A stretch of 64,000 bases of DNA from an uncultured Cytophagales bacterium (GTDB lineage Bacteria; Bacteroidota; Bacteroidia; Cytophagales; JAAEPT01), in assembly GCA_963849955.1 (NCBI GenBank), contig CAWKJU010000016.1:81735-145734 (forward strand), read 5' to 3'. The position numbers were made by a program, and so were the translations under genes. Below the pieces are notes generated by a model that worked only from the letters and a program-made list of their open reading frames with translations, ran no database searches and had not been told where the DNA came from. Below, piece by piece: positions 1 to 7,079 of this stretch. How positions within the stretch are numbered: the stretch's first letter is position 1; each line of letters begins with the position of its first letter.

Positions 1-42
1 GCTTACTAAAGCCATTGAAACTACAAGAATTGTTTTTTTCAT
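1..42 (-). CDS. 5' end of a signal-peptide-bearing CDS running off the left edge (partial)
   Basis: Reverse complement of 1-42 reads ATG AAA AAA ACA ATT CTT GTA GTT TCA ATG GCT TTA GTA AGC = MKKTILVVSMALVS. It is on the same strand as, and 47 nt downstream of, the 90-524 gene. Only 14 codons are visible. Confidence 0.3.
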   Translation of the reverse strand, partial: MKKTILVVSMALVS

Positions 43-89
43 TTTAGTGTATTTTATTAGTTAAACATTTGATTATTAATAAGAAATTT

Positions 90-524
90 TTATTCACTAG
101 TAATTCCTTCATGCATAAATTCGGCTTTCACTACTTTACCTTTAATCAGTAACTCAACCACACAGTGAAAAGCCGTAGAACTTGTGAGTTGAGCAGTAAA
201 AGAATATTCTCCTTTTGCATTTAGTTTTGATTCAATTTCTTGGTCGTTATAATGTATCGTTACCGTGCCAGAAATTTCTTTGTTTTCCAGAGGCTTTAAG
301 TTTGACTTATAAACGTAAAAAGTAAGCTGATCTTTTTTTAGAAATAAGTCGGTGACCATTTCTACTTTATATTTATCAGCATTACTTATCTTTCCTCTGT
401 GCGGGGCTACTTTATTAGGGGTGGTGTTCGAGGTGTTTCCATGCCCACCACTACCATGATCATGTTGTGCCATGGCAAAACAACTAGCTAAAACTAAAGG
501 GATGATTAAAATTATTTTTTTCAT
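90..524 (-). CDS. Secreted His-rich small protein, probable periplasmic metal-binding accessory protein of the efflux island
   Basis: 144-aa ORF with a signal peptide (MKKIILIIPLVLASCFAMA) followed by a His/Gly-rich stretch (QHDHGSGGHGN). It is the last gene of the metal operon. Function is inferred from context only. Confidence 0.6.
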   Translation of the reverse strand: MKKIILIIPLVLASCFAMAQHDHGSGGHGNTSNTTPNKVAPHRGKISNADKYKVEMVTDLFLKKDQLTFYVYKSNLKPLENKEISGTVTIHYNDQEIESKLNAKGEYSFTAQLTSSTAFHCVVELLIKGKVVKAEFMHEGITSE

Positions 525-564
525 TTCTATTTAATATTAAGTGTGCTTTATTTAAGTAGTTGTG

Positions 565-699
565 TCACTTGTTGTATAGTAATTGTAGAACAGCTACCCC
601 AACTATTATTAAAACCAATAGGATCCAGCCTATTTTTTTAGACCAAACTTGTAGTTTGGTAGGTGGTTTTTCATTCCCCGTTTTGCAGCATTCTTTCAT
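565..699 (-). CDS. Unlisted 44-aa small membrane protein with an N-terminal Cys-Cys motif, translationally coupled to the adaptor gene
   Basis: Hand translation gives MKECCKTGNEKPPTKLQVWSKKIGWILLVLIIVGVAVLQLLYNK*. The ATG (699-697) overlaps the TGA stop (698-696) of the upstream CusB-like gene as ATGA. It has one clear C-terminal TM helix. It is below the size cut-off of the ORF track. Confidence 0.45.
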   Translation of the reverse strand: MKECCKTGNEKPPTKLQVWSKKIGWILLVLIIVGVAVLQLLYNK

Positions 700-2426
700 T
701 TTAATGTTGATTTTACTTCACCACAAGAACTCATCGCTTGTCCGAAATAAGGGTTTTTGATTGCCTTTTCTGAGCTAATCCAATCCGCTCCTTTGTCTTT
801 ATTTGCCATTGGGCAGTGTTGTACAAAGAGTGTTTGCGTGCTAAAGTCAAACGTTTTAACCAAGTCGATCATGGTTTCAGAAATACCTATAAAAGCACTA
901 CGAACTTCTTCTATCGATTGCCAATGCTCACTGTGCTCCAGCGACTTATTTAATGTCATTTGAAAGCCCATCCACTTGTCATGAGCAGGACCTTGAAAGT
1001 TTTTCATATCAACTTCTTGAAGCGCTTTTTTGAAGTTGGCTAAATCTGTTTTAACTGTTTTGAAATCATCCTTTACCAAATCATCTTTTAGTTTTAAATA
1101 AGTGTCAGACAGTTTTTGAAGTTGTTTTTTTGCCTTATCATTAATCAGCACATCAGCAGATCGTTCCATCAAATCATCCGATTCCATAGGATTCATCATA
1201 CTTGGTTTTCCAGCTAGTTGTGCCGCTGCGTCTATACTAAACGTACCGTTAACCGCAACCTCTTCTCCTTCTTCTAAGCCTTTATTAATGACAAAGCTAT
1301 CGCCTAATGAAGGTCCTAAGACCACTTGTCGCAATTGAAAACTGACTCCTTTTTCTTCACTGGTTTTTACATAGACCACCGACTTTTCACCTGTCCACAT
1401 CACCGCTGTTTTTGGAATTACAATGGTAGCTTTTGCGCCATTTAAAGCATTTTTAAGTATGCCCGACACAAACATTTCAGGCTTAAACCGCAAGCCTTTA
1501 TTGTTGATATCAATTCTTGCTTTTGCAACGCGAGTCTTTGGATTAATTATGGGGTCTAGAAAACTTATTTTTCCTGTAAACTTTTCTCCAGGAAATGACT
1601 GAATCGTGTACTCTACTTCGTTTCCTTTTTTTACAAACGACAAATCACTTTCATACACATCAAACAACACCCAAAGTGAGGAAAGATCTGCTATGTCATA
1701 CAAACCAGCACCCTGCGTAATATAGTCACCTTGGTTTACCATTTTATTGATGACCACACCACTTTTATCGGCATAAATCGAGAAGTTCTCCTTCGCCTTA
1801 CCCGTTTGTAAGAGTTCATCTACTTGTCTATCAGAAAGTTTCCAGTTTTTCAATTTTTCTTTTGCAGCATTAAAAAGAGCGGGATTAGTCGTTTTGATTT
1901 TCTCAGCTTGAAAGAGTTCTTCTTGCGCAGAAACTAATTCTGGAGAGTATATGGAGCCAATTACTTGCCCTTTAGTAATAAACTCACCCGTGTAGTTGAC
2001 AGACAACTGTTCTACCCGCCCACCTATATGAGCGGTTTGAGCAACTACTTTTCGTTCGTCTGCTTGTATTTTACCATTCAGACGGATTTCCTTAAACGGA
2101 AGTTGTTTTTTAACTACAGCCGTTTGTACACTGGCTAGCTGCATAGCCGTTGGCGACATTTTTACTTCCAGAGGGTTTTCATCGGACTCATCACCTCCTC
2201 CAACAGGAATTAAATCCATCCCGCATATAGGGCATTGCCCTGGTTCTGGCATACGTATTTGAGGATGCATACTACATGTCCATATTTCGTTTTTTGATTC
2301 TTCAATTTGCTGATGTGCTGATGTATTGTCTTGATTTTTTGATGGGATAATTAGCCAGCCTATTATTATTCCAGCTACTAGGGTAGCACCTACTAAAAAC
2401 CATTTATTATTTATTACTTTTTTCAT
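696..2426 (-). CDS. Efflux RND periplasmic adaptor (CusB/MFP family) with an N-terminal Cys-rich metal-binding motif and a C-terminal DUF3347-like domain
   Basis: 576 aa with an N-terminal TM anchor. The motif CSMHPQIRMPEPGQCPICGMDL is the same CxMHP...CPxCGMDL motif as in the neighbouring ATPase. The central part is barrel-sandwich/beta-barrel MFP-like. The C-terminal part (HCPMANKDKGADWISSEKAIKNPYFGQAMSSCGEV) is typical of DUF3347. Confidence 0.9.
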   Translation of the reverse strand: MKKVINNKWFLVGATLVAGIIIGWLIIPSKNQDNTSAHQQIEESKNEIWTCSMHPQIRMPEPGQCPICGMDLIPVGGGDESDENPLEVKMSPTAMQLASVQTAVVKKQLPFKEIRLNGKIQADERKVVAQTAHIGGRVEQLSVNYTGEFITKGQVIGSIYSPELVSAQEELFQAEKIKTTNPALFNAAKEKLKNWKLSDRQVDELLQTGKAKENFSIYADKSGVVINKMVNQGDYITQGAGLYDIADLSSLWVLFDVYESDLSFVKKGNEVEYTIQSFPGEKFTGKISFLDPIINPKTRVAKARIDINNKGLRFKPEMFVSGILKNALNGAKATIVIPKTAVMWTGEKSVVYVKTSEEKGVSFQLRQVVLGPSLGDSFVINKGLEEGEEVAVNGTFSIDAAAQLAGKPSMMNPMESDDLMERSADVLINDKAKKQLQKLSDTYLKLKDDLVKDDFKTVKTDLANFKKALQEVDMKNFQGPAHDKWMGFQMTLNKSLEHSEHWQSIEEVRSAFIGISETMIDLVKTFDFSTQTLFVQHCPMANKDKGADWISSEKAIKNPYFGQAMSSCGEVKSTLK

Positions 2427-2475
2427 AGTCGTTTCATTTTTATAAGTCCTTTTTTAATAAGTATAATCAGCAAAT

Positions 2476-2545
2476 CTCGCCTTCGTCAGTGTCCCCACTG
2501 ACGAACTAAGCGGTAAATGTTTGTGGGGACACAAACATTGGCGAG
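2476..2545. promoter_or_regulatory. 70-nt element of perfect stems (three-way junction) containing a 10-4-10 palindrome TTCGTCAGTG-N4-CACTGACGAA, 50 nt upstream of the adaptor gene start
   Basis: P1 is ctcgcc 2476-2481 paired with ggcgag 2540-2545. P2 is 2482-2491 paired with 2496-2505. P3 is aatgtttgtg 2516-2525 paired with cacaaacatt 2530-2539. All pairings were verified by hand. Function is unknown (operator or RNA element). Confidence 0.4.
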
Positions 2546-2615
2546 TTAACGCGAACTCAAAACTTATTTCAACAATCTCATTCCTCTGTATCATTATTCT
2601 TTAATTTTTATAAAC

Positions 2616-2717
2616 AATCAAAATCAGTCATTAGAACATCGATTCATCAACACATTAGCACATCAAACAATCAGCACATTAGCACATCAGCACATCAGCA
2701 CATCAATTAATCAACTA
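2616..2717 (-). repeat. Phased 8-nt tandem array (coding-strand NNNNTGAT/TAAT) starting on the copA-like stop codon
   Basis: Eleven indel-free octamers span 2630-2717: attagaac atcgattc atcaacac attagcac atcaaaca atcagcac attagcac atcagcac atcagcac atcaatta atcaacta. The last unit contains the TAG stop (2715-2717). Degenerate units extend to about 2616. Confidence 0.85.
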
Positions 2718-5216
2718 ACCAATACTCTGAACCCGCAACCTCAATGCATTACCAATCACCGAAACCGAACTGAAACTCATCGCCAGGGCTGCTATCATCG
2801 GAGATAACAAGACACCAAAGAACGGAAAGAGCAAACCCGCTGCAATTGGAATACCTAAGACGTTATATGCCAAAGCAAAAAACAGGTTTTGTTTGATGTT
2901 GCTCATCACTTTCATACTTAGGTTTCTCGCTTTCACGATACCGTGTAAGTCGCCTTTTACCAATGTGATGGAAGCACTTTCGATGGCTACATCGGTGCCC
3001 GTTCCCATAGCAATACCGACATCACTTTGAGCCAATGCAGGGGCATCGTTTATTCCATCACCCGCCATGGCTACTATCCGTCCGTTTTCTTGTAATTTTT
3101 TTACTTCGTTTAGTTTGTCTTCAGGTAACATGCCTGCTTTGAAATCTGCTAAGTTGAGTTCGTTGGCAACGGCTTGCGCGGTGTTGAAATTATCACCCGT
3201 CAACATGATTACCTCAATCCCACTTTCTTGCAATTCTTTGATTGCCTGAGCACTGGTTTGTTTTATTTTATCACCGATAACCACATAACCAATTACCTGA
3301 TTTTCTACCGATAAGTAAGAAACCGTTTTACCTTGTTTTTGAAATTTTTCAGCTGTTTGCGTAGCTTGTTCATCAATAGTAGCCTCGGAATGCTGCATCA
3401 TTTTATCATTACCCAAGGCTACTTTTTTTCCCTCAATTTTTCCTTCTACACCTTTTCCAGTTACTGCATTAAAATCTTCTAATTTGAGCAACTCCACTTC
3501 TTTTTCTTTACCATATTTCACAGTGGCTTGCGCCAAAGGATGTTCACTCTGTTGATTCAGCGAAGCAATCAACTGTAATACTTTTTCTTCTGTATATGCA
3601 TCCCCGAAAACGCCAATAGTGTCTACAGTTGGTTTTCCTTCAGTGATTGTTCCTGTTTTATCGATGATCAAAACATCCACTTTATTCATTTTTTCTAATG
3701 CTTCAGCACTCTTAATTAAGACTCCGTTTTGAGCTCCTTTACCTACTCCAACCATCACAGACATAGGCGTAGCCAAACCTAAAGCACAGGGGCATGCGAT
3801 AATTAAAACCGCAATCGCATTGACCAGTGCATACACATAAGCTGGCTCTGGACCATAAATAGCCCAAACCGCAAAGGTGATGGCTGAAATAATGACTACG
3901 ATAGGCACAAAATAACCAGAGACTTGATCGGCCAATTTTTGAATGGGTGCTTTACTTCTACTGGCGTTGTTTACCATCTCAATAATTTGAGAAAGCAAGG
4001 TATCAGAACCCACTCGCTCGGCTTTCATCAGAAAAGATTGGTTACCATTAATGGTTCCGCTGCTTACTTTGTCATCGGCAGTTTTGTTCACAGGTATCGG
4101 CTCGCCCGTAATCATGGATTCATCTATAGATGTGCTTCCCTCAGTAAGAATTCCATCCACTGGAATTTTCTCTCCTGGCTTTACCCGAAGAATATCACCG
4201 ACTTGAATAGCATCTATAGAAATCGTTTCTTCTTTTCCATCCGTAACTCGAACAGCTTTGTTCGGAGCTAGTTTTAGTAGTGATTTTACTGCGTCAGTTG
4301 TTTTACTGTGCGCTCGGGCTTCCAGCACTTGTCCCATTAAAACTAAGGTCAAAATCACAGAGGCTGCTTCAAAATAGACATGCACACTACCAGATTCTGT
4401 TTTAAATTGGTCAGGGAAAAAATCAGGAAACAACATGCCAAACAAACTAAACAACCACGCTAATCCCGCTCCGATGCCAATGAGTGTGAACATATTTAAA
4501 TTCCAAGTGACCACTGAGCGATAGGCTCTTTTGAAGAACATCCACGTAGCATAAAATACTACAGGCAAGGAAAGTGTGAATTGTACCCAATTCCAGTATT
4601 TCAGTTCCATCAGTTGGTACAATGGATTGTTAGGGACCATCTCCGACATAGCAATCAAAAAGATAGGCACCGTAAAAGCGGCTGCTATCCACAACTTTTT
4701 TGAGAGTTTTTTGTAGGTTTTTTCTTCTGCCGAAGCTTCTGGGTTTTTTGGGACTAAATCCATTCCGCATTTCGGGCATGCACCAGGTCCATCTTGCACT
4801 ACTTCTGGATGCATTGGACACGTATATTCTTCTGATGAGGTAGGTTTTGTACTTGCCTGTGCAACTAAGTCCATTCCACAAACAGGACAATCACCAGGTT
4901 TGTCATACGTTTTATCACCCTCACAATGCATCGGACAATAATAAACACCTTTACCTGAGGTAACAGGTGCTGATTTTTTCTTAGGCACGTCAACAATTTT
5001 TTCACTTGGAAGATGAATGGAATACCGCCCGCCATCATTTTTTAAAGCTTCTTGAAAAGTCTCAATAGGAATATGAGTTTCCATTTCGATGGTGGCTTCT
5101 GCCTTTTCCAAATCCACCACTGCATTAGAAACTCCTTCAATTCCTTGCAGCGTTTTTTCTACATGCCCCCGACACCCATTACAGGTCATTCCTTGTATTT
5201 TATAAGTATATATCAT
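2715..5216 (-). CDS. copA: Copper-translocating P1B-type ATPase (CopA-like)
   Basis: 833 aa. It has an N-terminal HMA domain (GMTCNGCRGHVEK) and two CPMH...CPxCGMDL metal-binding repeats. It also carries the TM CPC motif (ACPCALGLATP), the DKTGT phosphorylation site, the GDGINDAP hinge, and the YN (ALAYNVLGIP) and MSxSS (AMSFSSVSV) signatures of the Cu(I) subgroup. Confidence 0.95.
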   Translation of the reverse strand: MIYTYKIQGMTCNGCRGHVEKTLQGIEGVSNAVVDLEKAEATIEMETHIPIETFQEALKNDGGRYSIHLPSEKIVDVPKKKSAPVTSGKGVYYCPMHCEGDKTYDKPGDCPVCGMDLVAQASTKPTSSEEYTCPMHPEVVQDGPGACPKCGMDLVPKNPEASAEEKTYKKLSKKLWIAAAFTVPIFLIAMSEMVPNNPLYQLMELKYWNWVQFTLSLPVVFYATWMFFKRAYRSVVTWNLNMFTLIGIGAGLAWLFSLFGMLFPDFFPDQFKTESGSVHVYFEAASVILTLVLMGQVLEARAHSKTTDAVKSLLKLAPNKAVRVTDGKEETISIDAIQVGDILRVKPGEKIPVDGILTEGSTSIDESMITGEPIPVNKTADDKVSSGTINGNQSFLMKAERVGSDTLLSQIIEMVNNASRSKAPIQKLADQVSGYFVPIVVIISAITFAVWAIYGPEPAYVYALVNAIAVLIIACPCALGLATPMSVMVGVGKGAQNGVLIKSAEALEKMNKVDVLIIDKTGTITEGKPTVDTIGVFGDAYTEEKVLQLIASLNQQSEHPLAQATVKYGKEKEVELLKLEDFNAVTGKGVEGKIEGKKVALGNDKMMQHSEATIDEQATQTAEKFQKQGKTVSYLSVENQVIGYVVIGDKIKQTSAQAIKELQESGIEVIMLTGDNFNTAQAVANELNLADFKAGMLPEDKLNEVKKLQENGRIVAMAGDGINDAPALAQSDVGIAMGTGTDVAIESASITLVKGDLHGIVKARNLSMKVMSNIKQNLFFALAYNVLGIPIAAGLLFPFFGVLLSPMIAALAMSFSSVSVIGNALRLRVQSIG

Positions 5217-5306
5217 TTTGTTTCTCTTTTTTGGTTATTAATAAATTCTTAAATCCAACTCAACTTCGTTAATGTCCTGAAGATGATGTTTGTGAAGACC
5301 CCCGCC

Positions 5307-5330
5307 TTCGTCAGTATCCTCACTGACGAG
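5307..5330. promoter_or_regulatory. Second copy of the CGTCAGT...ACTGACG palindrome, 91 nt upstream of the copA-like start
   Basis: tcgtcagt (5308-5315), loop atcctc, then actgacga (5322-5329). Positions 5304-5329 are 24/26 identical to 2479-2504 (gccttcgtcagtNtccNcactgacga). Confidence 0.4.
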
Positions 5331-5341
5331 CACGTATAAAA

Positions 5342-5461
5342 ATCAACCCATCAACCCATCAGCACATCAAACAATCAGCTCATCATCAAATCAACCCATC
5401 ATCACATCAACTCATCAGCACATTAACATATCAAACAATCAGCACATCATCAAATCATTCC
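5342..5461 (-). repeat. Phased 8-nt tandem array (15 units, coding-strand NNNNTGAT) starting on the tolC-like stop codon
   Basis: The 120 bp parse with no indel into 15 octamers that all begin AT(C/T)A. The last unit, atcattcc (5454-5461), contains the TGA stop at 5455-5457. Confidence 0.9.
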
Positions 5462-6687
5462 CCTTTAGCAGTCAAGTAATCGATTTGAGCCAATGCGATA
5501 TAGAAATTTTTTACCGCTGTTACCCCTGCCGTTTCATAAGCAAGAAGTTGCTGTTGCATGCGCAGAATTTCCTCAAAATCTTTACCAGAATTGCTGTAGG
5601 ATACATAGAGTAACTCCACGACCTGCTGCGTTTTTTTTGATTGAGTTGCATACAATTCGCTCATCTGCCTAGATTTTTCTAACTCATACCACGCCATTTC
5701 ATATTGGCTTGTAAGTCTATTTTCTATGACTATTTTTTGAGACGTAAGCGCGGTTTCCATCAATGTTGCTTCTTTTCTTAGCGCTTTATATTTTCCTCTA
5801 TAAATAGGTAAACTCATAGAAACCATTGGCATAATCGCGTCTTGTCCGTTTTGTGGAATAGATACATCGGGTCTTTTAGCGATCACTACATAATCGATAC
5901 CTACTCCAAATTGTGGTCTTCCTTGTTTTTCTGCCAAAGATTCATTGATATGAGCTGCTTGAATTTGTAAATCCAAAGCTTGTAATGTAGGATTTGCTGC
6001 GAAAAGACTGTCTTGGGTAGTACTTATGGGTTTTTCGCTCAATTCTAAAGAATCCTCAATAACTACTGAAAGTGAATCATTGCGGCTGAGCAAGCGATTA
6101 AATGCCACTTCTAATGGCTTTTTCTTGTCTTTCAACAATTGAATATCGGTTTTCAATTCATCCATCATAATATCTACACGAAGCGCGTCAACCAAAGCAC
6201 TTTTACCATTTGAAAACGCGATGGTCGCTAACTCTTTATAAGTCGTTAAAATGGCTAAGTTCTTTTTTTGCAGTCGCAACTGTGCCTCCAGTTCATAGAG
6301 GGGATAATATGCTGATTTCACTTGAAAGTAAAGCTCGTTTTGATCGTCCAAAAAGAGTTGATACTTCGCATCTGCATTCAACGAAGCGACATTACCGCTA
6401 GCTTTCAGTGTCCCAAACCAAGGAAACATTTGAGTCAAAGAAATACGTGCCTGCTGCTGACCAACGCGTGTTTCAATCATTCGCCCAAAAGCACTTACAG
6501 ATAAGTTAGGGTCTGGTAATGCTCTCATTTGTGATATTTGCTGCAAGGCTACTTCAAACTCTGCATGAGATGCTTTTAAGTTGGGGTTGTTCTCCGCAGC
6601 TTCCTTTAGGTAATCGTCTAGGGTTTGAGAGACACATGGAGATATCGTTGAAATAAATAGAAATAAATAGAAATAGATAGCCTTCAT
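5455..6687 (-). CDS. TolC-family outer membrane efflux protein (OMF)
   Basis: 410 aa with a signal peptide. It has the two-repeat alpha/beta OMF-like pattern (LDDYLKEAAENNPNLKA ... PQFGVGIDY) and sits between the RND pump and adaptor genes. Confidence 0.85.
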   Translation of the reverse strand: MKAIYFYLFLFISTISPCVSQTLDDYLKEAAENNPNLKASHAEFEVALQQISQMRALPDPNLSVSAFGRMIETRVGQQQARISLTQMFPWFGTLKASGNVASLNADAKYQLFLDDQNELYFQVKSAYYPLYELEAQLRLQKKNLAILTTYKELATIAFSNGKSALVDALRVDIMMDELKTDIQLLKDKKKPLEVAFNRLLSRNDSLSVVIEDSLELSEKPISTTQDSLFAANPTLQALDLQIQAAHINESLAEKQGRPQFGVGIDYVVIAKRPDVSIPQNGQDAIMPMVSMSLPIYRGKYKALRKEATLMETALTSQKIVIENRLTSQYEMAWYELEKSRQMSELYATQSKKTQQVVELLYVSYSNSGKDFEEILRMQQQLLAYETAGVTAVKNFYIALAQIDYLTAKGE

Positions 6688-7067
6688 TTTTTTGCATTTT
6701 GTTTTGTGACCGCGATGAAATTATTGAGTTTAATTTCAAGAGGTTTGTGAATTTCTTGAAGTGAATCAAATATGGTTTGAGTAATAATTTTTCTTTCCAA
6801 CATTAGTTCTGCCCAATGTTGACAAGCTTCAGATAGTGAGCCTCTTGAGAAATGATAAAACCGTGCTTTTTCTAAGTAGTGATACCGAGCATATCCTTCA
6901 GCGATATTAGCACCAACCGAATCCGCAGACCGAATAAATTGATCACCAATTATTTTTTTCTGTTCATAATTAAGATTTGAATAAATATCCCACGCCAACG
7001 AAGAAAGCTTTCGAGCAAGCTGATAGACTTGCAAATCCTTTAAGGCTATATATGTCGTTGTTTCCAT
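6684..7067 (-). CDS. Four-helix-bundle protein (23S rRNA intervening-sequence protein family)
   Basis: 127 aa. The pattern DLQVYQLARKL...QFIRSADSVGANIAEGYAR...ARFYHFSRGSLSE matches the remembered signature of the TIGR02436-type family. Its TGA stop overlaps the tolC-like ATG as ATGA (6684-6687). Confidence 0.8.
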   Translation of the reverse strand: METTTYIALKDLQVYQLARKLSSLAWDIYSNLNYEQKKIIGDQFIRSADSVGANIAEGYARYHYLEKARFYHFSRGSLSEACQHWAELMLERKIITQTIFDSLQEIHKPLEIKLNNFIAVTKQNAKK

Positions 7068-7079
7068 TTTATTTAATAT

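Noticed and set aside
633-674. ATG at 674 on the minus strand, which seemed to start a TM peptide interrupted by a 7-A homopolymer (a possible frameshift or phase-variable small gene).
   Set aside because: Careful codon counting shows this frame stops after 14 codons (TAG at 632-630). The TM-encoding frame has its own ATG at 699 that overlaps the adaptor's stop, so no frameshift needs to be invoked.
560-963. Plus-strand ORFs 560-760 and 757-963 at the 3' end of the adaptor gene.
   Set aside because: They overlap the DUF3347-like coding region and the minus-strand small ORF, and they have no start context or motifs. The minus-strand reading explains the region.
2630-2717. The 8-nt arrays as a CRISPR array, or as decayed His-rich coding sequence (the + strand reads HQHISTSAHQH).
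   Set aside because: The period is 8 nt with no unique spacers, so it is not CRISPR. The His-rich reading is on the non-coding strand, lacks a start and has no ORF continuity. On the coding strand all three frames are closed every 24 nt.
3924-4271. Antisense or nested ORFs of 60-155 aa inside large genes. Examples are 3067-3249, 3924-4271, 4630-4890, 7171-7479, 13904-14302, 30650-30934, 45466-45783, 46850-47167, 59334-59801 and 62268-62594.
   Set aside because: All lie wholly within strongly supported genes on the opposite strand or in another frame. They have low-complexity or odd composition and no motifs. They are typical shadow ORFs of an AT-rich genome.
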